Positions 1 to 9,585 of a DNA stretch of 64,000 nucleotides are shown here, in pieces. Each line of letters opens with the position of its first letter. The stretch's first letter is position 1. The stretch comes from Myxococcota bacterium (GTDB lineage: Bacteria; Myxococcota_A; Polyangia; Nannocystales; Nannocystaceae). The position numbers were made by a program, and so were the translations under genes. A model generated the notes under the pieces. That model saw nothing but the letters and a program-made list of their open reading frames with translations, searched no databases and had not been told where the DNA came from. The stretch covers positions 160,001 through 224,000 of the forward strand of contig JBCCHT010000013.1 in NCBI GenBank assembly GCA_039028615.1. Direction: 5' to 3'.

Positions 1-1623
1 TCGGCCCTGCAAGAACTCGACGATCCGCGGGTGCGGCTTTTGGGGCTGCCCTGCGCCGAAGAGGTCTTGGTGCGGGTGCTCGAGTCGGCGCTGGAATCGG
101 CCGAGACCTTTGCGCGCGCTCGGGTGACCGATCAGCTGCTCGACGTGGGCATGGCGCTCAACGCCGAGCGAGACCCGGCGCGAGTGCTCCAGCTCATCCT
201 CCAGCACGCGCGCTCGATCACCGGGGCCGACGCAGGCTCGATCTACCTCGTCGACGACAAGGGCGAGCGCCTGAGCTTCGAGTTCGCGATCAACGACTCG
301 GTCGAGGCCGACGTGTTCAGCTCGCGCACGATGCCCGTGGACGAGGGCTCGATCGTGGGTGCGTGCGTGCTGAGCCGTAAGGCCATCCGTAGCGCCGACC
401 TCTACGAGGCCGAGAGCCAGCACGACCGCAGCTTCGACCAGCGCTTCGGCTACCAGACCCGCTCGATGATCACCGCGCCGATGATCAACCCCGGCGGACG
501 GGTGCTCGCGGTCATCCAGCTCATCAACGCCAAGCTCGGCACGGCCCCGCTGCGCGACCCCAAGGACTTCGAGGAGCGCGTGCGTCCGTTCTCCGCCGAA
601 GACGAGCGGCTGTGCGCATCGCTGGCCGCTCAGGCCGCGGTGGCGCTGGAAAACGCCCGCTTGCACGCCGAGATCCAGTCGCTGTTCGAGGGCTTCGTGC
701 GGGCGAGCGTGCATGCCATCGAGCAGCGAGACCCGACCACGAGCGGTCATAGCCAGCGGGTCGCCGACCTCACGGTGGCGCTGGCCCGCACCGCGGACCG
801 CACGGTGAACGGGCCCTACGCGGACATTCGTTTCTCCCCCGAGCAGCTGCGGGAGATCGAGTACGCGGGCCTGCTGCACGATTTCGGCAAGGTCGGCGTG
901 CGCGAGGAGGTCTTGGTCAAGGCCAAGAAGCTCTATCCGGCCCAGCTCGAGCAAGTTCAGTCGCGCTTCGCCCACATGCGGACCGCGCTCGAGGTCCAGC
1001 GCTTGCGCGAGCTGTTGGCCTGCCATCGCGGGGGGCGACCCGAGGACCCGGCCATCGATCGCGAGCACGAAGCCCGCGTGCGCGAGCTGGCACGGATGAT
1101 GGACGTCATCACCGAGGCCAACGAGCCCACCGTGCTGCCCACCGACGTGTCGTCGCAGCTGGCCGTCATCGCGGGGCACGAGTTCTGCGACGCGGCGGGC
1201 CATCAGCACGCGCTGCTGCAAGGCGATGAACTCGACGCGCTGCTCATTCGCCGCGGCAGCCTCACCGATGCGGAGCGGATCGAGATCCAGCACCACGTCA
1301 CCCACACCTACGACTTCTTGGTGCGCATCCCGTGGACGGCGAGCCTGGCCAAGGTCCCCGAGATCGCGGCCAAGCACCACGAGTACCTCGACGGCAGCGG
1401 CTACCCGTCGCGCCTGCCCGAGCCCGACATCCCCTTGCAGGCCCGCATGATGACGGTGGCCGACATCTTCGATGCGCTCACCGCTGCCGATCGCCCGTAC
1501 AAGAAGGCGGTCCCCGTGCCGCTGGCGCTCGACATCCTGAGCGCCGAGCAGAAGGCGGGCAAGATCGACCCGCAAGTCCTGGCCTTGTTCATCGAGGCCA
1601 AGCTCTACGAAAGCAAGCCCTGA
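1..1623 (+). CDS. GAF + HD-GYP domain cyclic di-nucleotide phosphodiesterase (5' end probably upstream of window)
   Basis: Frame is open from base 1; GAF segment (ADAGSIYL...TRSMITAPM...QLIN); HDFGKVG and HHEYLDGSGYP motifs. Confidence 0.92.
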   Translation, partial: SALQELDDPRVRLLGLPCAEEVLVRVLESALESAETFARARVTDQLLDVGMALNAERDPARVLQLILQHARSITGADAGSIYLVDDKGERLSFEFAINDSVEADVFSSRTMPVDEGSIVGACVLSRKAIRSADLYEAESQHDRSFDQRFGYQTRSMITAPMINPGGRVLAVIQLINAKLGTAPLRDPKDFEERVRPFSAEDERLCASLAAQAAVALENARLHAEIQSLFEGFVRASVHAIEQRDPTTSGHSQRVADLTVALARTADRTVNGPYADIRFSPEQLREIEYAGLLHDFGKVGVREEVLVKAKKLYPAQLEQVQSRFAHMRTALEVQRLRELLACHRGGRPEDPAIDREHEARVRELARMMDVITEANEPTVLPTDVSSQLAVIAGHEFCDAAGHQHALLQGDELDALLIRRGSLTDAERIEIQHHVTHTYDFLVRIPWTASLAKVPEIAAKHHEYLDGSGYPSRLPEPDIPLQARMMTVADIFDALTAADRPYKKAVPVPLALDILSAEQKAGKIDPQVLALFIEAKLYESKP

Positions 1624-2105
1624 TGAACCCCAGAATCGACGTGTCGCCCGACAAGGATCGATGGCCCGACCGCGCGGTGGTGCGGCAGCTGGCCCGGCGC
1701 CTGCGCAAGGCGGCCCGGGCGATGGGATGTGACAACGAGGAGCTCGAGGGGCTGACCCTGCGCATCGTGGGCGACGGAGAGATGACCGCGCTCAAAGAGA
1801 CGCACTTCGGGGTCGCCGAGGCCACCGACATCCTCTCGTTTCCCGCGGGCGAGGCCATTCCGGGCGAGGACGAGTTCGCCCCGGGCTTGGGAGAGTTGGT
1901 GCTCAACCGCGAGGCGGTGACCCGGCAGGCGACCCGTCCCGGAACGCAGGGCTGGCTCGACGAGGCGACCTCGCTGAGCATCCACGGGGTGGCACATCTT
2001 CTGGGGCACGACCACGGGGAGCGTCGCGAGGCTCGGCGCATGAAGGCCACCGAGCGACGCGGTCATCGGGCGGTGGGGCTGCCCTGCGTCCGTCCCTACG
2101 GCTGA
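1623..2105 (+). CDS. ybeY: rRNA maturation RNase YbeY
   Basis: TDILSFP and HGVAHLLGHDH (H-x3-H-x5-H) motifs; ATG at 1623 overlaps upstream TGA (TGATG). Confidence 0.9.
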   Translation: MNPRIDVSPDKDRWPDRAVVRQLARRLRKAARAMGCDNEELEGLTLRIVGDGEMTALKETHFGVAEATDILSFPAGEAIPGEDEFAPGLGELVLNREAVTRQATRPGTQGWLDEATSLSIHGVAHLLGHDHGERREARRMKATERRGHRAVGLPCVRPYG

Positions 2106-2117
2106 ACGGAGGCGCCG

Positions 2118-3062
2118 ATGTCCAGCGACAAGGTCGTTCCCACCATCGTCGTGCACGGCGGGGCCGGGCTCGTGGCCGACGAGTTTCACGAGGCCGTGGT
2201 CGCGGGCGTGCAGGCGGCCGCCGAAGCAGGGCGCGAGCAGCTGCAGGCCGGTCGAGGCTGCGAAGCGGCGGTCGTAGCCGCGGTGCGCGTGCTCGAAGAC
2301 GTCGAGGTCACCAACGCGGGGCGTGGCGCCTGCATGAACGCGCGCGGTCAGTTCGAGGTCGACGCCAGCCTCATGCGCTCGCGCGACGGGGCCATGGGGG
2401 CCATCGCCGCGGTACCCGACCTGGCGGATGCGATCGTGGTGGCCCAGGCGGTGATGGAGCACTGCCCGCATCACTTGCTCGCCGGTCCGGGCGCGGTCGA
2501 TTTTGCCCGGCAGCACGGCGTGGGCACCTTCTCTCGTGACGCGATGTGGACCGCCAAGGCCCAAGCCCGCTTCGAGGCCGCGCGCGACGGGGTGGGGCAG
2601 AGCGTCGGTCAAGCCGACACCGTGGGCGCGGTGGCCATCGACGCGCAGGGGCACCTGTGTGTCGGCTGCTCCACGGGCGGCGTATTGCTCAAGACCCCGG
2701 GCCGCGTCGGCGACAGCCCCCTGGTGGGCCCCGGCTTCTTCGCCTCGAAGACGCTGGGCGCCGCCTGTGCCACCGGGGTGGGGGAGGCCATCATGAGTCA
2801 CGTCGCCTCGTTTGCCGTCCTGCAACGGAGCGCCCAGGGCATGGACCCTCGCGAGGCGGCGGCGCAGGTGTGTGCCGAAGTCGCCGCAGAGCCGATGGGC
2901 GACGCGACCGCCACCTGTGGGATCATCCTGCTGACCCCAACTGGGCAGCTCGGACTGGCCCACGCCAGTCCACATATGAGCTGGGCGATGGCCCGGGGCA
3001 CGGATCCGGTCGAGGCGGGCCTGCAGCAGCCCCTTGCCCCGCCCACGCGCGGCCGCCTATAA
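2118..3062 (+). CDS. Isoaspartyl peptidase / L-asparaginase (Ntn hydrolase)
   Basis: IVVHGGAG, NAGRGA, DTVGAVAID (nucleophile Thr), STGG, GRVGDSP, ATGVGE. Confidence 0.92.
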   Translation: MSSDKVVPTIVVHGGAGLVADEFHEAVVAGVQAAAEAGREQLQAGRGCEAAVVAAVRVLEDVEVTNAGRGACMNARGQFEVDASLMRSRDGAMGAIAAVPDLADAIVVAQAVMEHCPHHLLAGPGAVDFARQHGVGTFSRDAMWTAKAQARFEAARDGVGQSVGQADTVGAVAIDAQGHLCVGCSTGGVLLKTPGRVGDSPLVGPGFFASKTLGAACATGVGEAIMSHVASFAVLQRSAQGMDPREAAAQVCAEVAAEPMGDATATCGIILLTPTGQLGLAHASPHMSWAMARGTDPVEAGLQQPLAPPTRGRL

Positions 3063-3069
3063 GCCAAGG

Positions 3070-4347
3070 GTGACCCTGCACTGGGCCATTGCGGGCATCT
3101 TGGCCCAACCGGCGGTCTCCACTGCCGTGGCGCACTACGACGCGGCCCCCAGCCAGGGGACGCAGACCGGCCGCCTGGTGTTTCCGCCCGACCATCGGGG
3201 CACGGTCACCGTGCGCGACGCCTCGGGCAACGCGGTGGCCCAGGTCTCCCTCGGACGGCGCGTGATGGTGGAGCTCCCCGCGGGCAGCTACGCGCTGCAC
3301 GACGCCGACGATCGCAAGGTCGGTGAGCTCGAGGTCGAGGCGGGGCAGGTCCAGGGCGTCGAGCTTCCCGAAGCGTGGGCCGTGCCCGAGGCCGAACACG
3401 CCGCGCCGACGCCGGTCGAGACGCCGAAGAATCAACCCGCGGTGACCACCGGGCGGCTCGGCCCCGTCACGCCCGAGGCCGAGCGCGAGGTCGAGCTCGT
3501 TCGCCGCCGTCGCTGGAAACGCTGGGCCTCGCCGCTGCTGTCGGCGGTCGCCCCGGGCGGCGGTCAGGCGCTCAACGGGCAGCCGGGACGTGGATTGGCC
3601 GTGTTCACGGGCACGCTGGGCATGGTGCTGGGCACGGTGGCGCTGTGGGCCGCCCGCGACCCCGCCGAAGGGGCGACCCCCGGGGACCCGGGACGCGGCG
3701 CCCCCGAAGAAGTGACGCGCCTGGCCGGCTTCACCGGTCTCGTCTCCGCCGCGGGCTTGCTGTACATCGGCCAGATCCTCGACGCCCACGCGCAGGCGGT
3801 CGATCGCCGCGGTCCCAAGCCCTGGCGGCGCCACCAGATGGCCTTCGAGGTCTCGCGCTTCACCACCGTGGCCTTCGCCCCCGGGCAGCCCGCCTACGAC
3901 CTGTACTCCGACTGGTCGCTGGCGCTGATGGGGCAGCTCGTGCCGCGGGTGACCTTTGGGCTGTCGGACGCGAGCATCAAGTACTCGCGTAATCGGCAGT
4001 CGCTCACCGTGCAGGCGGGGGTGCGGACCGCCTATCGCTTCTTCGATCGCCGCCGGGTGTGGCTGGCGGTGGGCGGCGGCGCCTTGTTCCAGGGCACCCG
4101 CGCCGACGACCTGCCCGTGCCGCTGGCCGAGGGCCCCGACTCCTTCGCCACCGAGAGCGAGCGGGCCTACACCATCGTGCCCTACGTGCACTTCGACGCC
4201 CGCTTGTTCCTGCTCGACCGCTGGTCGCTCGGGCTCATGCCGCGGGTGAGCCTGCCGCTGCTGCCGCGCCGCTTCGCCCGGGGCCGCGTGCTGCCCCGCT
4301 ACGCGGCGACCTTCGAACTCGGGGCCAACGTGGGGGTGTATTTCTGA
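3070..4347 (+). CDS. Hypothetical exported/membrane protein with C-terminal beta-barrel-like region
   Basis: GC-biased codon usage; signal-like N-terminus, central hydrophobic helices, alternating aromatic strands ending ...LGANVGVYF; GTG start is approximate. Confidence 0.65.
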   Translation: MTLHWAIAGILAQPAVSTAVAHYDAAPSQGTQTGRLVFPPDHRGTVTVRDASGNAVAQVSLGRRVMVELPAGSYALHDADDRKVGELEVEAGQVQGVELPEAWAVPEAEHAAPTPVETPKNQPAVTTGRLGPVTPEAEREVELVRRRRWKRWASPLLSAVAPGGGQALNGQPGRGLAVFTGTLGMVLGTVALWAARDPAEGATPGDPGRGAPEEVTRLAGFTGLVSAAGLLYIGQILDAHAQAVDRRGPKPWRRHQMAFEVSRFTTVAFAPGQPAYDLYSDWSLALMGQLVPRVTFGLSDASIKYSRNRQSLTVQAGVRTAYRFFDRRRVWLAVGGGALFQGTRADDLPVPLAEGPDSFATESERAYTIVPYVHFDARLFLLDRWSLGLMPRVSLPLLPRRFARGRVLPRYAATFELGANVGVYF

Positions 4348-5174
4348 TGCGCCGCTGCGGGAAACTCCACGCGTTCGCGCTTTTGGTGGCCACCGTGGGC
4401 TGTGCCCTGGGCTTCCGCGGCGAGGCACCGTTCACGGGCGAGCATGCGCTCGACACCACCGACGAGCTTCGAATCGAGCTGCCCGACACGCCGCTGACCG
4501 TGCTGGCGTGTGCCGCCGACGATGTGGAGGCGTGTCCGCCCGTGCTTTCGTACGACGGCTCGTGGCTGTCGGTGGCGGGCACTCGCGCCGACGCCCGGGA
4601 CCAGGCCGCCACGCCCGTGCTGCGCTTCGAACGCGCCGATGGCTACGCGCTGTTGCGGGCCGACGTGCCGCTTTCGGTGGTGGGCATCGTCGATCTCGAG
4701 ATGGGCGAGCTGCGCCTGCCCGACGATCGCCATCTCGATCTGCGCACGGGGGTCGGCGACGTCTCCGTCCGCGGCACCGAGGCCACCGTGATCGTGGACG
4801 CCGAGATCGGAGACGTGGAGATCCGAGGGGCCGACGAAGGCCTGGCCGTGCGCACGGGGCAGGGCAACCTGGACGTTCAGACGCCAGGGCACGCCGATCT
4901 CGGCACGGGCTCGGGGCACGTGGAGGTCACCCAGACCGGTGCGCCCCGCGACCTGTTGGTGTCCACCGGGCAGGGGGACATCACCGTCACCCTGGCCAGC
5001 GATGCCGACATCGATCTCGAGATCCGAACCAACGGGCGCATTTCCGTGCGGACGCCGAGCATTACGACGGTGACCTCGGGCCAGTTCGCTCGCCGCAACG
5101 GCAATGGCTCCATCCGGATCGAGCTGAGCAGCCCGCGCGGCGACGTCGAGGTCCGCGGCGTTGATCCCGGCTGA
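4347..5174 (+). CDS. DUF4097-like beta-strand repeat lipoprotein
   Basis: TGATG coupling with upstream gene; lipobox-like VGC; repeats TGVGDVSV, TGQGNLDV, TGSGHVEV, TGQGDITV, SPRGDVEV. Confidence 0.75.
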   Translation: MRRCGKLHAFALLVATVGCALGFRGEAPFTGEHALDTTDELRIELPDTPLTVLACAADDVEACPPVLSYDGSWLSVAGTRADARDQAATPVLRFERADGYALLRADVPLSVVGIVDLEMGELRLPDDRHLDLRTGVGDVSVRGTEATVIVDAEIGDVEIRGADEGLAVRTGQGNLDVQTPGHADLGTGSGHVEVTQTGAPRDLLVSTGQGDITVTLASDADIDLEIRTNGRISVRTPSITTVTSGQFARRNGNGSIRIELSSPRGDVEVRGVDPG

Positions 5175-5200
5175 GGCTCGTGCTAATGCCCTCCTCCCAC

Positions 5201-5284
5201 GCCAGAGTGGCGAAATTGGTAGACGCAGCGGACTCAAAATCCGCCGGGGGTGACTCCATGCCGGTTCGAGTCCGGCCTCTGGTA
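5201..5284 (+). tRNA. tRNA-Leu(CAA)
   Basis: Acceptor stem GCCAGAG/CTCTGGT + discriminator A; D-loop TGGTAGAC; anticodon arm GCGGA-CTCAAAA-TCCGC; long variable arm; T-loop GGTTCGAGTCC; CCA not encoded. Confidence 0.96.
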
Positions 5285-5287
5285 CTG

Positions 5288-5331
5288 CCCGCTTCGGGAG
5301 CCCGAGCAGGGCGCCCGAAGCGGGGGTTCTT
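5288..5331 (+). terminator. Putative intrinsic terminator after tRNA-Leu
   Basis: CCCGCTTCGGG (5288-5298) / CCCGAAGCGGG (5314-5324) stem followed by pyrimidine tract TTCTTCTCT. Confidence 0.6.
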
Positions 5332-5430
5332 CTCTCCTCCGCGCGCCGCGCTACCGTGCATGACGGGTCGGTCGACCTCATACTGTGTAGCGATGCCGCC
5401 GCGTCCCAACGGAGCTTCAGCGTGATCACC

Positions 5431-6039
5431 ATGGACAGCTCGCAGCTGGGCGGTCACCTGCTCGTCGCGGTGCCGCAGCTGCTCGATCCCAACTTCCGTC
5501 GCTCGGTGGTGTTGTTGCTGGAGCACAACGAGGACGGCGCGCTGGGCCTGGTGCTCAACAACCCGCTGCCCAACACCGTGGCTGATGTCGCGCGGGGGCT
5601 CGACCTCCAGTGGGAGGGCGACGAGGAGGCCACGGTACGCCTGGGTGGGCCCGTGGAGCCCATGCGGGGCTGGATCCTCCACGACCAAGCCCAGTGGGAC
5701 TCCACCGCCGACGAGGTGCTGCCCGGCGTCTGGCTCACCACCTCGCTGGAGCCGGTGACCCGAGCCGGCAACCACGTCGTGGGGGCCGAGGGCAGCGAGG
5801 TGCTGTTCCTGCTCGGCTATGCCGGGTGGGCCACCTCCCAGCTCGAGGGCGAGATTGCAGCGGGCAGCTGGATGCCCGTGCCCATCAATACGGCGGGCGA
5901 CCCCACCGGGTACGGCGTTCATCCGCGTTGGGTGTTCGAAGCCGAGCCCGAGGACATGTGGGCCGAAGCGCTGCGGTCCCTCGGCGTCGATCCTGGGCGC
6001 CTCGCCCGCGGCTCCGTCGGCGCGTCGTCGTTCCAGTAG
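5431..6039 (+). CDS. YqgE/AlgH family protein
   Basis: LLVAVPQLLDPNFRRSVVLL, GALGLVLN, GGPV, GYAGW..QLEGE motifs. Confidence 0.92.
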   Translation: MDSSQLGGHLLVAVPQLLDPNFRRSVVLLLEHNEDGALGLVLNNPLPNTVADVARGLDLQWEGDEEATVRLGGPVEPMRGWILHDQAQWDSTADEVLPGVWLTTSLEPVTRAGNHVVGAEGSEVLFLLGYAGWATSQLEGEIAAGSWMPVPINTAGDPTGYGVHPRWVFEAEPEDMWAEALRSLGVDPGRLARGSVGASSFQ

Positions 6040-6215
6040 GTTCGTCGGGGTCGTGCTCTAGGGCGCTCGGCGGAATCGTCGAATCGAGCTTCGATCCCGC
6101 GAGCACGGTCACGCCGGCGAGGGCGCGAGAGTCGAAACATAAGGAATTGCCGACTAGACGCGCTTGGTAGGTATCTGTACGCTCGAACGGGTTCTCTGCC
6201 CGGGGTCGTACCGTG

Positions 6216-7751
6216 ATGCGCCATACAGCTCTGTCCACTTCAGTAGTTTCTCTCCTCGCGTTAGCGAGCGGCACGGCCGTTGCCGCCGAGGTCCCGACGC
6301 ACCCGATCAACCCGGACGCTCCCTGGGCGCTCGAGCTCGAGGACGAGCTGAGCAAGCCGCTGGTCGAGCAGTGGTACGGCAAGCAGGTTCGCCAGGAGTG
6401 GGAAAAGATCGAGCCGCACTGGCAGGGCAACCAGCTGCTGACCCGCGACAGCTTCGACGAGGACATGCTCGAGGGGCTCGACGTCCCGCCCGTGCCGGCC
6501 ATGAACTACGAGGCCGCGCCCGGCGTGGTGTACGTGGCGATGGACGGGGTCACCCTGCGTCCGAACTGCGGCAACGGGGACTCGGCCCACTCGGCGCTCA
6601 ACTGCTCCCCGCTGGTCGACGCCGAGGTCACCTTCGCGCCCTTCGGGGCCCAGGCCGCGGCCGAGTTCCAGCAGCTGCGCAGCTACTACGAGCCCTTCGA
6701 CCTGGTCATGACCAGCTCGCGCCCCCCCGACTGGATTCCGTACACGATGACGGTCATCGGTGGCTCGGCCAACCAGGTGGGCCTGCAGGGCGCCTGCGGT
6801 GTGGCCAACGTGGCTTGTGACGGCCTCAAGCGGAACCACGTGTCGCTCAACTTCCCGCAGTCGTGCAACGGCATGGCCGAGACGGCGGGCCAGGAGACGG
6901 CGCACAACTGGGGCCTCGAGCACACCGACAACCCCAACGACATCCTCTACCCGTTCAACAACGGCGGGAACAAGAGCTTCGTCGACAACTGCATGGACAT
7001 CAGCCACGCCACGGGCGACGGCAACACGGCCTGCGGCTACATCCACGAGCTGTACTGCCCCGCGGGCGCGGGTGAGCAGCAGAACTCCTTCGCCGAGATG
7101 CTCGGCGTGTTCGGTCCGGTCGCGGTGGACGACAGCCCGCCCGAGATCATCTCGGTCTTCCCCGGCGACGGGGCGGTCATCGGCACCGAGGAGGAGTTCA
7201 CCATCACCGCCTCCATCGACGAAAACTCGAACATGGTCGCGGTGAAGTGGACGTGGCTCGAGGGGCTTCCCGAGGGCACCGACGAGTACACCCGCTGCAC
7301 CAACGGCGTGTGCACGACCGACTTCAACCCGGGCGTCAGCTTCACCGCCAGCGAGATCAACTGGGACTTCCTCACCCTGTCCCAGGCCCCGATCGGCACC
7401 TACTCGTTCCAGATCGAGGCGCTCGACGCCTACGGTGGCTACGACAGCCGCACCATCACCATCGAGGTGGTCGAGGGCAGCGGCAGCGTCGGCGGCAACC
7501 AAGAGGGCGGTGGCCTCGACGAGAGCGGGGAAGAAGGCGGAGCGACCGACGGTGACAACCCGGGCGGGACCGCGGCCGAGGATGGCGACGACGGAGCCAC
7601 GGGCCCGACCGTCGGCCTCGACGGCGGCGACGGAGGCGGTGGCGGAAGCACGGGTGGCTGTCGCATCGACGAGCCCGAGCCGACCCGCTGGTCCTGGGCC
7701 GGCCTGCTCGGCCTGGGCGTGCTGCTGATGGGTCGTCGCCGACGCGCCTGA
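6216..7751 (+). CDS. Secreted matrixin-like protein with Ig-like domain and MYXO-CTERM sorting signal
   Basis: Signal peptide; QETAHNWGLEH..DILYP; acidic Gly-rich linker; C-terminal GGC-spacer-hydrophobic helix-RRRRA. Confidence 0.8.
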   Translation: MRHTALSTSVVSLLALASGTAVAAEVPTHPINPDAPWALELEDELSKPLVEQWYGKQVRQEWEKIEPHWQGNQLLTRDSFDEDMLEGLDVPPVPAMNYEAAPGVVYVAMDGVTLRPNCGNGDSAHSALNCSPLVDAEVTFAPFGAQAAAEFQQLRSYYEPFDLVMTSSRPPDWIPYTMTVIGGSANQVGLQGACGVANVACDGLKRNHVSLNFPQSCNGMAETAGQETAHNWGLEHTDNPNDILYPFNNGGNKSFVDNCMDISHATGDGNTACGYIHELYCPAGAGEQQNSFAEMLGVFGPVAVDDSPPEIISVFPGDGAVIGTEEEFTITASIDENSNMVAVKWTWLEGLPEGTDEYTRCTNGVCTTDFNPGVSFTASEINWDFLTLSQAPIGTYSFQIEALDAYGGYDSRTITIEVVEGSGSVGGNQEGGGLDESGEEGGATDGDNPGGTAAEDGDDGATGPTVGLDGGDGGGGGSTGGCRIDEPEPTRWSWAGLLGLGVLLMGRRRRA

Positions 7752-7826
7752 GCGCGACCGGTCGCACCGAGGGCGGCGTGCAGCGTGGCTGCATGGCCGC
7801 CCTCTTCAATTCCCGAGCCCGAGCCG

Positions 7827-8378
7827 CTACGGCGAGAACTCGTTCCAGGCCACGGCGAGCACCCGCTGGGTGCCTACGAGAGCCAGCGCCTCGAGCGGAG
7901 CGTCGTGCAGCGTGACGTGGACGGTGGAGCGTCCGCCGAGGTTGTAGCCGACCAGCTCGAGTCGACGCGCTTCAGGGTCGCAGTCGACGAACACCACGGT
8001 GTCGGTCGAGCCGTACTCGTCGGTGCGCTTGCCCTTGGGCCCCGCGTTCCAGCGGCTGGGGTCCCAGGACGAAAGCTCGGAGAACTGACGGTTTTCCGCC
8101 GTGCGCCAGGCCGTGCCCACGGGGCGGGGCAGCAGGCGATCGAGCTTCTTGGCCGACAGCGAGGCATAGACCACGTTCTCGTCGCGGCCGAAGGTGCGGC
8201 GGACCAGCGGGGCGCAGGTGCGGGGGGGCTCGGCGTCGCGGCCTTCGCTGACGTCCACCACCACGACGCCCAAGGCGCGGGCGCCCGCGTGGGCGGGCGG
8301 CGTGGGGCCGAGCATGAGCGCCCCGGCGAGGCCGAGACCGCAGGCGAGGGCGGGCGCGAGTCGGAAGGGCAGGCTCAT
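7827..8378 (-). CDS. Hypothetical exported protein
   Basis: MSLPFRLAPALACGLGLAGALML signal; ATGA overlap with upstream gene. Confidence 0.65.
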   Translation of the reverse strand: MSLPFRLAPALACGLGLAGALMLGPTPPAHAGARALGVVVVDVSEGRDAEPPRTCAPLVRRTFGRDENVVYASLSAKKLDRLLPRPVGTAWRTAENRQFSELSSWDPSRWNAGPKGKRTDEYGSTDTVVFVDCDPEARRLELVGYNLGGRSTVHVTLHDAPLEALALVGTQRVLAVAWNEFSP

Positions 8379-9181
8379 GGGCTCCTCGTGTTCACCAGCG
8401 GCACCAAAGTCTCGGCGAAGTCGGGCACGCCTTCGCCTCGGGCCTTCAGCGGGAAGGGACTGCCCGGTCCACCGCCGCGCACCTGGGAGTGCATGACCTC
8501 GTGCAGGCCGGCTTCGTCGCGTCGCAGCAGGGCCATGACCTGCACGCCCTTGCCCCGTCGCTTGCCGGACGAAAGCTCCCGCGGCGCGGTGAACCACAGC
8601 ACCAGGGTGGAGCCCGCACCGGACTCGGCGGAGGGGTCGACAGCGTCCTTGGTCCAGGCCGGATCGGCCAGCATCTTCGCGCGAACTTCGGCGTCGCCAC
8701 CGAGCCAGCGCTCGAGCGCGTTGCGTCGGGCATCGGTGAGCGCTCTCGTTCCTTCAGGCGGGGCCGGAGGCTCCACGTCGGGGCGGCTTTGCACCGAGGG
8801 CTCGAACACCAGCGGCGTCGCCCCGAGCTCGGCTTCGAGGCGCTTGTGCAGCTTGGTCAGCTTCTTCATCTGCGAGCTGAGCAGCTCGCCTTCGTGCATC
8901 ACCACCAGCTCGAGGTTGGGCGCGCCCGAGGGCAGGGCAGGGAGCACTGCGGCCGCCTTGGCAGGGGGCGTGGGCTCGCCTTCGTCGGCCGGCTTGGGCG
9001 GCGTTTCTTTGCCCGGTGAAGGCTCTTGGGGGCCCTTTGTCGCGGGTGTGTCCGCCTTCGCGGGGGCGGTCTTGGCGGGCGCCTCGTCCTTGCTCGCGGG
9101 CGGCTTGCCGTCACACGCCCAAAGCCCCGCTGGCACGATCGCCAGCACCCATGTCCGAAGCCGACCGTGGATCATTCGCAT
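8375..9181 (-). CDS. Hypothetical lipoprotein with Pro/Lys/Ala-rich linker
   Basis: MRMIHGRLRTWVLAIVPAGLWAC lipobox-like; lies in a run of minus-strand genes. Confidence 0.7.
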   Translation of the reverse strand: MRMIHGRLRTWVLAIVPAGLWACDGKPPASKDEAPAKTAPAKADTPATKGPQEPSPGKETPPKPADEGEPTPPAKAAAVLPALPSGAPNLELVVMHEGELLSSQMKKLTKLHKRLEAELGATPLVFEPSVQSRPDVEPPAPPEGTRALTDARRNALERWLGGDAEVRAKMLADPAWTKDAVDPSAESGAGSTLVLWFTAPRELSSGKRRGKGVQVMALLRRDEAGLHEVMHSQVRGGGPGSPFPLKARGEGVPDFAETLVPLVNTRSP

Positions 9182-9186
9182 CGTCG

Positions 9187-9585
9187 TCAGGAAGTGGAAG
9201 AAGACGAACGCCGGGCCCCCAGCGCATACACGCCGATCGCAGCCCAGCCCGCCATGAAGCACAGCCCACCCAGCGGCGTGATGGCACCCAGCCATCGCGG
9301 CCCGCCGAGCACCATCAGGTACAGCGTGCCGCTGAAGATGACGATGCCCACGGGCAGCAGCGTGGCCGCGACCCCGAGCGCGCGGCTCGAGCCGCGGGCC
9401 CACAGACCCAGCGCCACGAGCAACACGGCGTGGAGCTGCTGGTAGTGCGCGCCCGTCTGCCAGATCTCGAGGTCACGGGCGGTGACCGCATCGCGCAGGC
9501 CGTGCGCTCCGAAGGCTCCTGCGGCCACGCCCAGCAGGCCGAGGACCGCCCCCAAAATGATGCTGCGGCGATCGACCGGGTTCAT
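9187..9585 (-). CDS. DUF423 family membrane protein
   Basis: GAFGAHGL, YQQLHA, GIVIFSGTLY, LGAITPLGG motifs. Confidence 0.92.
   Translation of the reverse strand: MNPVDRRSIILGAVLGLLGVAAGAFGAHGLRDAVTARDLEIWQTGAHYQQLHAVLLVALGLWARGSSRALGVAATLLPVGIVIFSGTLYLMVLGGPRWLGAITPLGGLCFMAGWAAIGVYALGARRSSSSTS

Noticed and set aside
5201..5331. tRNA-Leu as a genomic island integration site
   Set aside because: No integrase follows and I found no duplicated tRNA 3' end; the next gene is housekeeping algH/yqgE.
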